Origin: Scenedesmus sp. PABB004 | Lineage: Eukaryota | Direction: 5' to 3' | DNA: 20,000 nucleotides | NCBI GenBank assembly: GCA_014905635.1 | Contig: JABVCE010000052.1 | Span: 49,248 to 69,247 of the forward strand | Position numbers and translations under genes: made by a program | In this document: in pieces, positions 1-10,785 of the stretch | Numbering within the stretch: the first letter of the stretch is position 1 | Layout: every line of letters starts with the position of its first letter | Notes under the pieces: generated by a model | Database searches by the model: none | The model's input: the letters and a program-made list of their open reading frames with translations, nothing else | What the model was told of the DNA's origin: nothing

Positions 1-373
1 AAGGGGTCCCGCTGCCCCGCGTCGGTGGCGCGCGCGCGCGCCGCAAACTTGGGGCCGAGCTTGAGCGTGACCGCCAGCTCCACGCTCTCGCCCGGGCGCA
101 GCCGGAACGCCGCCGGCGCGACCGAGTAGCGGTCGCTGCTCCCCGGCCGCACCTCGCCCTCCACCGCCGCCTTGAGGCCGTTGGTGACGCGCAGCGTCGC
201 GGCCTGGGCCTGCGCGCACGCGCGGGCGCGGCGGGTAGGCAGCGGGAGTCTGCGCCGCGGGCCGCGCCGGCCGCGCCGGCCGCGGCACGGCGGCCCCCGA
301 CGTGGCGACGCACCTGATTGAACCGCACGTCGCGGAACACCAGCTCCCGCGGCTCCAGGGTGAGCATCTCCAT
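1..373 (-). CDS. 5' part of a protein with an N-terminal MSP/ASH (PapD-like Ig-fold) domain; runs off the window
   Basis: ATG at 373. Exon 314-373 (MEMLTLEPRELVFRDVRFNQ), GT-AG intron 210-313, then an exon from 209: AQAATLRVTNGLKAAVEGEVRPGSSDRYSVAPAAFRLRPGESVELAVTLKLGPKF. The pattern L-x-L-x-P-x-E-L-x-F ... L-x-V-T-N ... Y-x-V-x-P ... L-x-P-G-E-S-x-x-x-x-V is typical of MSP/ASH domains. Confidence 0.7.
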   Translation of the reverse strand, partial: MEMLTLEPRELVFRDVRFNQVRRHVGGRRAAAGAAGAARGADSRCLPAAPARARRPRPRRCASPTASRRRWRARCGRGAATATRSRRRRSGCARARAWSWRSRSSSAPSLRRARAPPTRGSGTP

Positions 374-1037
374 CGCGGCGCCGCGCCGCTGATGCCGCCG
401 GTGCGGGCGGCGCGGTCACGCGCAGCCGAGCGGCGGGCCCATGCCGGGTGCGGCCCTCGCTTCTCTGGACAGTCCCACGGGGTGCGCAGCGGGGCCGGGG
501 CCCGCAGGTTGTTGAGGCAGCACCACCGCGGCGGCGCGACGGCGGTTGGGGCGCGGGGCGTGCGCCGCGCGGCACTCACGGTCGGCAAATGCGCGTTTGG
601 GGCCGGCCCGGAGCTCTGGCGCGTAGCGGCGGCGCGAGCTGTCGCGCGCGCCGTGGCGCGGTTTGAGCGCAGGCGGCGCGCCGCGCGCAGGTGGGATGCA
701 CCAGGCAATCTGGGAGACAGCCGAGTTGGGCGTGTTGCATTGATTCCAGCGTCCGTCCGGCCCTGCACGCAATGCAGTCGCCGGCGCCGCGCGCACGCGC
801 GCGCGCACTGGGCGCCGCCGCGCGCCCGTCCGATATTTCGGTTCGACGGGGGGTCGTGCCAGGGGTTGTATTCGTCATGTGCGCGGTCCGGGGCGCGCTC
901 GGCGGCCGCGCCAGCAGTCAAGGCGGCGCGCGCGCGGTCAAGGCGCGCAGCACGGCACGCGTCAGCAGCACGCCAGCAAGAAAGAAGCAGTCCGCGTTTC
1001 GGTGGCGCCCGGCCCGACGCCCCCCCCCCCTCGCGCG

Positions 1038-2926
1038 TCACTCTGCGTGCTCCTCGGCGCGGCCCTCCGGCCCGCCGACCGGCACGGGGTGGCCGCTGCC
1101 CTGCGCCCAGAGCTTGGCCAGCGTCAGCTGCGGCGCGGGCGACAGCGCCGCGGGCGAGGCCGCGAACGGCGACAGCGGCACCGCCGTGCCGCCGCCGCCG
1201 CCGCCGCGCGCGTGCGCCGCGACGTGCAGCCGCGGCGTGACGACCTGCCCGCCGCCGCCGGGCGCGAGCAGCACGCCGCTGCCGCCGCCTGGCGCGAGCG
1301 CAGCCAGCCCCGGCGCGCCGTGGTGCGCGTGCCCGCCGCCGCCGCTCGCGGGCAGCGCCCCGCCGTGGCTGGCGGCGCCGACGTGCTTGTGCACCACGTG
1401 CCCGCCGCCCCCGCCGCCGCCGGGGTTGCTCACGCCGCGCAGGAACACGCCGCCGCCCGGCTGCCCGCTCGGCTGCTTGGCGAGCAGCGGCACGCCGCCG
1501 TGGCTCTCCCGGCTCTGCGGCAGCCGCCCCGCCGCGCTGCGCCGCGCCACGACCTTGCGGCTCTTCTGGTGGTACAGCGCGCTGAACACCACCGCCACGC
1601 CGCCCCTGGCGCGCGGCGACGGCGGCGGCGGCGGCGGCGACGGCGTCGGCGCGCGGCGTGCAGCGCCAGGGCGGGCGCGCGCCACGGCGCGGAGCGCGGT
1701 GGCGGGGCGCGGCGCTCAGCGCGCGCACCACTGCGCCAGCGAGAGCGCGTGCCCGAAGAGCAGCGACGAGAGCAGCACGCTCGCGCACTGCCGCGTCGTC
1801 ATCATGAGCGCAAACACGAGCGCGCCGTGCGCCTGCAGCACGTGCGCGATGCACACCTGCGGCGGCCGCGCGCGCGACACCGCTTTCACGCCGCCGCCGC
1901 CGCCGCGGCGCGCCCCACGCCCTGCGCCCCGCGCCCACGCCCCCCCCCCCCCCACACACACACACGCCCGCCCGCCCACGCCACCCCCCCCACACACACA
2001 CACCTGGATGATGGTGCTCATCGCGCTGAGCCCCAGCACCGCCGCCGCGGCGGGCGGGTGGCGCAGCAGGAACGCGGCCGCGGGGCGCAGCTGCCCGCCC
2101 GCCGCTGCGGCGGCGAGGGAGTAGGCGGTCGAGAAGGCGGTCGTGTAGAGGAGCTGCTCGCGGATGGTCGTGCCGTGGCTGCGGAACAGCGCCTCCTGCT
2201 GCGTGCTCGTCCAGCCGTCGGCGGCGAGGTACACGAGCAGCAGCGCCAGCCCCGCCGCGTGCGCGGCCCAGCCGCCGCCGCGCGGCGCGGCGGCGCTCGC
2301 GATGTCGCCGCCGAGCACAAAGAGGCTGCAGCCGCCCGTGATGAGCACCGCGTGCGCGTACTGCTCGCGCTGGTAGCGCTTGCCGCCCACGAGCGTGCCC
2401 CACAGCACCACGGGCAGCGCCTTGCTCGTCTTGGCGAGCGTCGCGGTCACAAAGCTCACGTACTTGAGCGCCTCGTACTGGCACAGCGTGCTCAGCATGT
2501 TGCTCGCGGAGACCGCGCAGTACGCGCGCACCGGCGCGACCGGCAGGAAGCTGTGCCCGCACGCCTGCGAATGCGCCGCGAGCACGACGACCTGCGGCGC
2601 GGCGCGGCGCGGCACGGCGCGGCGCGGCGCGGCGGGCGGGGCGGGGCGGGGCGGGGCGGGGAGGCGTGGGCGGCCGCCCGCCGCGGGCCGCCGGCCGCCG
2701 GGCGCCCGCCGCCGCCCGCCGTGCTGCTGCGCGCCTCGCTCGCTCAGGCGCGCACCGTGAGCAGGCGGTTGCAGAGCACGAGGAACGCGGAGTGGCTGAA
2801 CAGCTCGCGCTCCGGCCCCTCGCCCCAGCCGCGCGTCATCACGCGCTCCTGCAGGACGCCGTACACCAGCAGCGCCGCCGTGGCGAGCACCACGCTCCAC
2901 GCGTCGCGACCCGCCCACGGCGCCAT
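1038..2926 (-). CDS. SLC35B2: Nucleotide-sugar/PAPS transporter, UAA family (SLC35B2/PAPST1, plant UTr5-like), 4 exons
   Basis: Exons 2756-2926, 2004-2591, 1729-1856 and 1038-1605 join in frame at GT-AG sites. Motifs LLVYGVLQERVM, FSHSAFLVLCNRL, SNMLSTLCQYEALKYVSF..TLAKTSKALPVVLWG, DGWTSTQQEALF, GALVFALMMTTRQ and LLFGHALSLAQW are characteristic of this family. Long Gly/Pro-rich C-terminal tail. Confidence 0.9.
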
Positions 2927-3165
2927 CGCGCCGCCGGCGCCGGCGGCGCCGCGCCCGCCGGCGCGCGGCCGGCGGCCGGCGCCAGCTGCTGGCGGCGAGG
3001 GGAGGCCCCGGGCGAGAGGGCCTGGAGCCGCTGGCCCTGGGGGCGAGCCGGGCCGGGCCCGCCGCGCAGGCGCGCCGCGCGCCGCCCGCGCCGCGCGCTG
3101 CTCCGCTGCTGCCGCCGGCGCCGGCCGCTGCCCGGTGAGCGCTGAGCGAGCGCGTGCGCGCAGCA

Positions 3166-3214
3166 GTGCTAGAGAGTCAGTCGGTCGTGCTAGAGTCAGC
3201 TAGAGTCAGTCGTG
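3166..3214. repeat. Three imperfect tandem copies of (GTG)CTAG(AG)AGTCAG in the divergent intergenic region
   Basis: gtgctagagagtcagtcggtc / gtgctagagtcag / ctagagtcagtcgtg read directly. It is AT-richer than its surroundings and lies between the head-to-head transporter and MUS81 genes. Confidence 0.6.
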
Positions 3215-3752
3215 TGGGCTGCGGTGCGGCAGCGAGAGGGCCCCGATGGCCGCAACCGCCACCCGGGCCTGGCCGCTTCTGGCGGTGTGCTGGTTGTCCT
3301 GATGCTGCTGAACGGTGCCGGAGCCAACTGAGAGGCGCTGGGCGAGTTTGCGGCGCCGGGCGCGCGGGTTGAGCAATCAAACAGTCGCGCTCTCGCCTGC
3401 TGCCGGCGCCTCGCGGCCGTGCACCGCCGGGCGGGCTTTCCTGGACGACGTGGCACATCCAGCCGGCCCGTCGGCAGCAGCGCTGCGGGCCCCGCGAAAC
3501 AGCGGCCGGCCGCGCTGCGCAGCACGCCGCAGCGCCGACAGCGGGCCGCGTGCCGCGGCGGCGGCAGACCCGCTACGCCCTGCTCCCGGGGCTGCCCGCC
3601 TCCCCGCAACCCCGTCGCCAGCGGCGCGCCATCGCCGGCCGGCCGCCTGGCGCGCACGGCGGAGCAGCGGCGCCGCTGCTCCGCCGCTGCAGCGGCGCCG
3701 CCGCCTGAACGGCCGGCGCCGCCGTCCCTGGGCTCTGGCCCCCGGCGCCGCC

Positions 3753-6700
3753 ATGAGCGGCCGCGGCGGCGGCGGCGGCCGCGGCGGCGGCGGCGGCCGC
3801 GGCGGGCGCGCCCAGGAGGACTGGAGTGGCGCGGCGGTGCGCGCCGCGGCGCGCGCGGACGGCGGCGAGCCCTGCCCGCAGCCGCTGGCCTGCCCCGGCA
3901 ACGCCCTGCTCTACTGGTTCCTGATGTGAGCCCTTGAGAGGGGGGGGGCAGGCAGCAGGCCGGGGCTGGAGCCCCCGGGCAGCAGGCGCCGGCGCGCTGC
4001 CCTCACAGCCCGCCCTGCCGCCGCGCCCGCGCGCGCCGCCGCCGCGGCGCAGCGAGCTGCAGTCCGACATGTGCGCGCACGACGCGGAGCGCTTCCGGCA
4101 CACGCTCTCGCACGTGCTGTCGGCGGCGGCCGACCTCGCGGCGCGGCGCTGGCGGGTCGCGAGCCGCGTCGACGCGGTGCGCCTGCGGGGCTGCAAGGAG
4201 GTGCTGGCCGACGTCATCGAGCGCTGCCTCTGGGCGCAGTTCCCGCCGGAGCCGCTGGGCGAGGCCGAGCGCGTGGCGCGCGACGCCGACCTGGTGCGCG
4301 GGCGCCGCGCGGCGGCAGCGGCCGCCGCCGCGGCGGGGCAATTCCCACGCCTCACGCGCAAGCGGCGCCGCAGGCGGCAGAGGCGGAGGCCAAGCGTGCG
4401 GAGGCCAAGCGCAAGCGCGACGCGGCCAAGGCCGCCAAGCAGGGCCTCCCGCCGCCGGCGGGCGGCAGTAGCGGCGTGCCGCGCATGGTGGCAGCGCCGA
4501 GCGGCGCCGCCAGCGGCGGGCCGTCAGGGCCGCGGCTGGACTCGGGCGGCGACGGCAGCGGTGGCGGCAGCGACGGCGGCAGCGACGACCCGGGGGCAGC
4601 GTTCCGGCAGCTGGGCGTGGCGAGCCACAACCCGCTGAGCGAGCTGCAGCGCATCTTTGGCCGCGGTGAGCGCCCCGCGCAGCAGCGGCTGCTGCAGGGC
4701 GCCGCGCGCGCCGCCACGGCCGCCTACGCCCGCCGCCCACGCCGCCCACCCGCAGACCCCAAGCTCGCCCCGCTGGCGGCGGCCGCGGCCGCGCAGCTGG
4801 CGCAGCAGCACGCGGCCGCCGAGGCGGCGGGCGGTGACGCGCTGGGCCGCCTCGCCGCGGCGGCGGCCGCGGCCGCGGCGGGCGGGGCGCCGCCCGCCGG
4901 CGCTGCGGCGGCGGCGCCCAAGAAACGCAAGAAGCGCCCCGCGGCGGAGGACGGCGGCGCGGACGGCGGCGGCAGCGCGGGCGAGGGCGGCGGCGGCGGC
5001 GCGGCGCGGCGCGGTGGGGGCAAGGCGGCCAAGGAGTACCTGCCGCGCCCCGGCACAGCCAACTTTGCGTTTGCCGTCGCCCTCTACCTGGTGCGCGTGG
5101 GGGTGGTGGCGCGGGAGAGGGGGGGCTGGTCGGGGGCGCTGGCGGCGCGCTGGCGGCGGCGCGGGCGCGGCCCGCAGCTCGGGCGCTTGAGCCCGGGCTC
5201 CCCGCCGCCCCCGCCGCGCCGCCAGGCGCACCGCACGGGCTCGCCGCACCTAGGCAAGGCGGCGCTGCTGGACGCGGCGACCGCGAGCGGGCTGAGCGAC
5301 ACGCCGCTGGTCAGCGCGGCCGCGGGCGCCGGCGCGGGCCGCGGGCGGCTGCCGCAGCGCGGCCCGGCGCAGTGGTACGACGGCTGGAGCAACATCAAGG
5401 TGTGGTGCGGCGGCGGCGGCGGCGGCGGCGCGGCGGTGGCGGCACGGCGGTGGCGGCGCGGCGGCGCGGTGGCCTGCCGCCCAGGGCGCGGCGCCGACGT
5501 GCCGCCGCGCCGGCCGGCGCGCGCAGACGCTTGAGAACCGTGCAGTGCCGCTCATCCAGCGCTGGTCCAACCCGGTCAAGGTGCGGCTCACGCCCGAGGG
5601 CATGGCCCTCGGCGCCGCGCTCTACCGCCAGGCCGTGGAGGCGGGGCGCATGGCGGAGCACCCCAGGCGCGGCGCGCGCGGGCGGGAGGCCGCCGCGGCG
5701 GCGCCGGCGCCGCGACGCGGGTGCGCGCACCGCCCCGGCCCGGCCACGCCGCTGCTGCTCACCGCGGGCGGGCGCGCGCGCAGGTTCCGCTGGACGCAGA
5801 GCCGCCGCCGCCGCCGGCGGCGAGCCTTGGCGGCGGCGCGGCGGCGCCGGCCCCAGCGGACGGCGGCTCCACGCAGCCCAGCGGCAGCGGCGACGGCGAC
5901 GGCGAGGGCGCGGCGCCGGCCAAGAAGCGGCGGCGCGCCAGCAGCAAGGCGGGCGGGGGGGCGGGCCCGGGGGTTGTGGAGGGCGCGAGCGTGCCGGGCG
6001 GGGCTGGCGGCGGAGCCGCCTTTGCCGCCATGGCCTGGGGCGACGACGACCCCTGCGTGGCGGGCGACGGCTTCTGGGGCGAGGCGTGCGTCATTGACGA
6101 CAGCAGCGCCGACGAGGCGCCAGGCGGCGACGAGGCGCCAGGCGGCGGCCGCTGCTGCGCCGGCGGCGCGTCAGAGGCGGAGAGCGAGGAGTGGCGGCCG
6201 CCGGGTGGCTCGCCCAGGGCGCCGTGCAGCAGCGCGGCGGCGGCGGCGGCGGGGCCCCGGGGGCCGCAGCCGCCGGCGTCGCGAGCGCCGCCGACGTGGC
6301 CTGCCTCGTTGACATGGGCTTTGGCGCCGCCGCCTCGGCGCGCGCGCTGCACGAGGCCGGCGGCTCGCTGGTGGACGCGGTGGCGTGGCTTGCAGAGGGG
6401 GGACCGGAGCAGCAGCAGCAGGAGGCGGCGGAGCAGCAGCAGCAGCAGCAGGAGGCGGAGCTGCCGCAGCAGCTGATGGGGGAGCAGGACGGGGGGCAGG
6501 GCGCGGAGGGCGAGTATGCTGACGACGTTGCGCTCGCGTTCCACCCCCATCTGATAGGCACAGGCGGCGCGGACCTGCAGGCGGAGCAGCTGTCGCAGGT
6601 GGAGCAGCCGTCGCAGGCGGGCCTGGGGCGGCCGCCGGAGCTGACGGGCCGCCCGGCGCAGCCGCGCACGCGCCGGGCGTCAGACAGCGGCGCGGCCGCT

Positions 6701-7599
6701 GCAGTGGCGGCGCCGCAGCGCGCCAGGCCGGCCGGCAGCAGGGGCGCCGCCAGCAGCGGCGCGGCGGCGTCGGCCGCCGCGTCCGCTGGCAGCAGCGAGC
6801 CGCGCGGCTCGCAGCCGTGCGCTGCCGGCGGCGGCTACGTCGGGCTCGACATGTGAGCGCGGGCAGGCGGGGGGGGGGGGGGGGACGCGGGGCCGCCGTG
6901 CGCCGCTCCGCCCGCCCGGCCGCCAAGCCTCGCCGCCGCCGCCGCCGCCGCAGGTCGGCCGCGCGCCCCTGGGCGCCGGCGCTGCTGTCGGCGCCGCTGG
7001 CGCTGCGGCTGCCGCCGCTGGCGCGGGGCGAGGCGTTCCGGGACGCCTACGACGTGCTGCTGCTCATCGACCAGCGCGAGCAGTACGCGGCGACGTCCGC
7101 CAGCCGCGCGGGTGCGGCGGCAGCCCGCCGCTGCGCCCACCAGCAGCGCGTGCGCGCTCGCAGCGCGCGGGGAGCCCGCCGCACCTCCGGCCCACGCTGC
7201 CGCCCCCCGGGGCGCCGCGCCGCCCGCGCAGACTCGCTCGCGGGCCACGTCGCGGCGCTCGTCGCGGCGGGCGTGCGCGTGGACGCGGGCGTGACGCTCG
7301 CGTGCGGCGACTGCGTCTGGGTCGCGCAGCACCGGGTCAGCGGCGCGCGCTACGTGCTCGACTGGCTCGCGGAGCGCAAGTCGTACGTCGACCTCTCAGC
7401 CTCCATCCACGACGGCCGCTACGGCGTGCAAAAGTGGGCCATGACCGCGCACGCCCGCCTGGGCCAGCCCCTGCTGCTGCTCGAGGGACGCGCGGCCGAC
7501 CTGGCCGCGCGGCACGGCGACGGTGCGCCGCGCGCCGCGCGGGGCGCCGCGCGCGGCGCGCGCCGCACGCAGGCGGGCCCTGGCGCTGACGCTGCTGCG

Positions 7600-7644
<45 letters not shown>

Positions 7645-8489
7645 GCCGCCGCCGCCGCCGCCGCCGCGCAGCCCCGGGCGCGACGCGCGCGGCGGCGTGC
7701 GCGACGGCGGTGCACCGCACGCTGCTGCAGGACGGCTTCAAAGTCTTGGAGAGCAGCGGGCCGGCCGACACCATCGGCCTGCTCGCGCGCCTCACGGCGT
7801 GAGCGCGCGCGTGCTGCGCAGCGCGGCGCGGCGCGGGGCCGCACCGCGGCGCGCCGCCCGACCCTCGTGCCCCCCCCCCCCGCACGTGCAGGCTGCTGGG
7901 CGAGCTGTACGGACCCTGCACCCCGCCCGACGGCGCGGGCGGCGCGGGCGCGGACGCGGACGCGGCGCCTCGCCTGGGCGCGGTGCCCGTGCGCGTCGAC
8001 GCGCGCCCGCTGGAGGCGCTGGGCGCGTGGAACGCCCGCATCGCCGCGGCGCGGCGCACCAAGACGGTGCGCCAGAAGTGGGGGGAGCTGCTGCTCGGCG
8101 TGAGTGGTGAGCGGGGGGGGGGGGCACGGCGCGTGCCGCACGCGCGGACGAGAGGCGTGCGCGGGCGGCCGTCCGCGCGCGTGTGCGGGCGCGCCACAGG
8201 CGTCTGGCGCCGCTCTGCCGCCGCGCGCGCAGGCGTGGGGCCCGAGGCCGCGGCCGCCATCGTGGCCGCGTACGCCACGCCCGCGCGCCTGGCGGCGGCG
8301 TTCCGCGGCGCGTTCGCGGAGGCCGCGGCCGACGGCGGCAGCCCCGCCGCGGCCGCGCGCCGCCTGCTCGTCGACCTGCAGCTCAGCAGCGGCGGGCGGC
8401 TGGGCCCCGTCAAGGCGGCGGCGGTGTTCGACCAGCTGTTTGCGGCGGGCTGGGCCGCGGCCGGCGGCGGAGACGGCGGCGGCGATTGA
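3753..8489 (+). CDS. MUS81: Crossover junction endonuclease MUS81 (N-terminal HhH, winged helix, UBA-like insert, ERCC4 nuclease, C-terminal HhH)
   Basis: Approximate exons: 3753-3925, 4053-4293, 4374-4665, 4756-5090, 5226-5399, 5527-~5666, 5784-6852, 6954-7111, 7232-7522, 7672-7798, 7892-8106, 8233-8489. Winged helix: EYLPRPGTANFAFAVALY...WYDGWSNIKTL...SNPVKVRLTPEG. ERCC4 core: LRLPPL...YDVLLLIDQRE...GDCVWVA...LDWLAERKSYVDLSASIHDGRYGVQK. HhH: LLGVSGVGPEAAAAIVAAYATP. Two apparent 1-nt frameshifts (~5660-5666 and ~6280). Confidence 0.93.
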
Positions 8490-8548
8490 GGCCGGCCAGC
8501 GCGCAGGCGGGCCTCCGGTCAACCGATCGCGAGCTGCACCCGCCCGCC

Positions 8549-9256
8549 CTGCGCCGACCTGGGCCTGATCGCGGCGGTGCTGGGGCTGCCCTGGAACTGC
8601 CTGTGCGGCGGCGCGTTCCTGCTGGGCGACCTCACCGCGCAGCTGGAGACGCTCGTGCGGCAGCTCTACGTCGCGCTCGCGGGCGCGCTCGCGCTGTTCG
8701 TGGCCACCAGCTGGCTGTTTGGCCACCTGTCCGCCGCGGGCGCGCACGCCGAGCGCGACCTGGCGGAGCTCGTCCCCGGCGCCGGCCCGGGCGCCGTCGG
8801 GGCGTGGCGTGAGCGGGCCGCGGGTGACGGCGGCGGCGGCGGGCGGTGAGGGGGTCGGCACTGGTGCGCGGCGGCGGACGCGCAGCTCGCGGGCGTCTCG
8901 GGCGCCCGGGAGGCGAGGCGGCGAGAGGGCGCGGGTCAGACGCTGGTGACGCGCCGAGGCTGCCTCGCTGCGCTGCCGCCCGGCCGCCAGTCACGACGCA
9001 CGCCCACGCGCAACACTCACAGCCACAGCAGCGAGTACTGCGCCCGCTCCCAACACTCCCGCACGCCTCCGCCCGCCAGCGCGCGTGATCGCTGCGGCAG
9101 GGCGAGCAGCGCCGATCTGAGGCCGTCGGCATTAGGGTAGCCCGTGCGGCACAGGTGCGGCGTCCGCGCGAGCGCTGCCGCCGCGGGCGGGCACGGGATG
9201 GGGGCCCGCTGCTCCGGCAAGAGAAGGCGCCGCGCCGGCCCGCCGATCGGATGCAG
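8549..9256 (+). repeat. Left arm of a ~708-bp inverted repeat; partial duplicate of the 3' CDS and downstream region of the 4-TM gene
   Basis: Reverse complement of 10786-11494 (paired coordinates sum to 20042/20043). Mirror ORFs appear in the track, e.g. 8946..9140+ and 10902..11096-. Differences I found: one G-run indel near 8799-8802 and substitutions at 8940 and 9252. Confidence 0.97.
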
Positions 9257-9391
9257 CGCGGTGCCCCGGCGACGCCCCCAGCCCTGGCCGCTTCGCCGAC
9301 CCACGCACGCGCCGCCGCCGCCGCCGCCGCCACCGCCGCAGCGAGCCTGGAACCAGCGAGCCCGGAGCCCGCCACCGCCGCAGCGAACCAG

Positions 9392-9688
9392 ATGGCCTGC
9401 ACGGCCGACTGCCCGTGGCACCACTCCCACCGCTCCCCGGTGGCGCCCGTGCCCGTCCTCCTCCTCCTCCCGGAGGGCGAGGGCTCGTGCTCTCTCGCCG
9501 CCGGCGACAGCGGCTGCCCGCACTGCGGCAGCGCCGACGGCGGCTGCCCGTGCGACGGCAGCATGATGAGCGACGAGCCCGAGGTGCTCAGCGCCCTCGC
9601 GCCGCACGGCGGCGGCGGCCGCTGCGCGCGGCACCACCTGCACCGCGTGCGGCGCTACGCCGACCTCTGCGGCCTCGTCGCACACTGA
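9392..9688 (+). CDS. Small Cys/His-rich hypothetical protein (98 aa), probably preceded by a 5'-UTR intron at 9155-9341
   Basis: MACTADCPWHHSHRSPVAPVPVLLLLPEGEGSCSLAAGDSGCPHCGSADGGCPCDGSMMSDEPEVLSALAPHGGGGRCARHHLHRVRRYADLCGLVAH*. Codons end mostly in G/C. Upstream donor acag|gtgcgg (9155) and acceptor (gcc)n-cgcag (9341). No family recognised. Confidence 0.55.
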   Translation: MACTADCPWHHSHRSPVAPVPVLLLLPEGEGSCSLAAGDSGCPHCGSADGGCPCDGSMMSDEPEVLSALAPHGGGGRCARHHLHRVRRYADLCGLVAH

Positions 9689-10326
9689 TCTGCCCGCCTG
9701 CCGCGAGGCCCGGCGCGCGCCCTCGCAGCCGGCGCGCCACGCCGGCCGGCGACCGCGCCGCCGGCGCGCACGTATGAGGCCCCTGCATGCACATTGCATG
9801 CGCGCGACCGGCGCGCCGGGCGCGTCCCGGCCGCCCGGCCGCGGCCTCGCGGCGGCACGTTGCTGGCGCGAATCAACGCGGCCCCGCCGCGCCGCGGCCA
9901 TTCCCTGTCGCGCCGATATTCTTGTGGCGCGCGCGCGCGCGCCCCCGGGCGCGCGCCGCGCCGCCGTGTTGACTGTGGTTGCGCCCGCCGCCGTGTTGGC
10001 CGCGGCGGGTGATTGACTCGCCCATTGGGATTTCACCAGGCAGGCGGGGAGGTTTTTGGCCGCGCGTGCTCACGGGTGCCCCGCGAGCACGGCGCGGCGC
10101 TCCCCGCTCGCCCCTCCAGCCCGATTGCTGGGGGCTCTGGCTCTCTTGTCGCCGCGCGCGCACCGCGCTCTGGTGCTGCCAGCACCCAAAACTTGTCTTG
10201 AACCTTTTGCTCGCACGCATGCTCTGCTGCAAGCGGGCGCCGCCCGCCGCCGCCGCGCGATGGCGCGCGCGGAGCGGGCGGGGAAGGGGGAAGGTGGGAC
10301 GGCACACGCCCGCAATACGGGCGCCG

Positions 10327-10346
10327 TCTTGTTTGTGTTTGTGTGG

Positions 10347-10390
<44 letters not shown>
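10327..10390. repeat. (GT)n microsatellite with a degenerate left flank
   Basis: ttgtttgtgtttgtgtgggtgtctgtgtgt...gtgtgt read directly. Confidence 0.9.
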
Positions 10391-10391
<1 letters not shown>

Positions 10392-10785
10392 TGGAGGTTG
10401 TGTGCCAAGGGAGGAAGGGAGGGCTGCAGCGCCGCAGGCACCGCCTGCGGCCCCACAGCCGGCTTGACGCGCGGCCCGCGTTCACCCTTGAGTCCGCAGG
10501 CAGGCAGGGTCGCAGCGCCCGTCCGGGCGCGCACGCCACACCACCACACCACCACCGCCACAGCTCGGGTTGGTCTTGAAACCCAGGATTCTTTCTTGGG
10601 CCGCCACGGCGGCCCCGCCGCCCCCACTTGCATGCATGCGCGTTGTACATCATCACGTGAGGCGCGGCGCAAGGCATTCGGCCCGCGGCCTGCCCCCTGT
10701 ACGTCTTGCGTGCGATTGCGCTTTGACCAGCTGCGTGCGTGCGTGCGTGCGTGATGAAGATGCGTTGATGCGTTGACCAGGTAAA

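Noticed and set aside
3166..3214. CRISPR-like mini array
   Set aside because: The repeats are ~10 bp with no regular spacers or cas genes, and the context is eukaryotic.
8577..8849. Independent 90-aa membrane protein gene on the + strand
   Set aside because: It is the duplicated 3' fragment of the 4-TM gene, with no ATG or acceptor, and it has a G-run indel before the native stop.
7232..9256. Functional link between MUS81 (cleaves branched/cruciform DNA) and the adjacent inverted repeat
   Set aside because: MUS81 acts in trans and a 1.5-kb spacer disfavours cruciform extrusion. Adjacency alone is not evidence.
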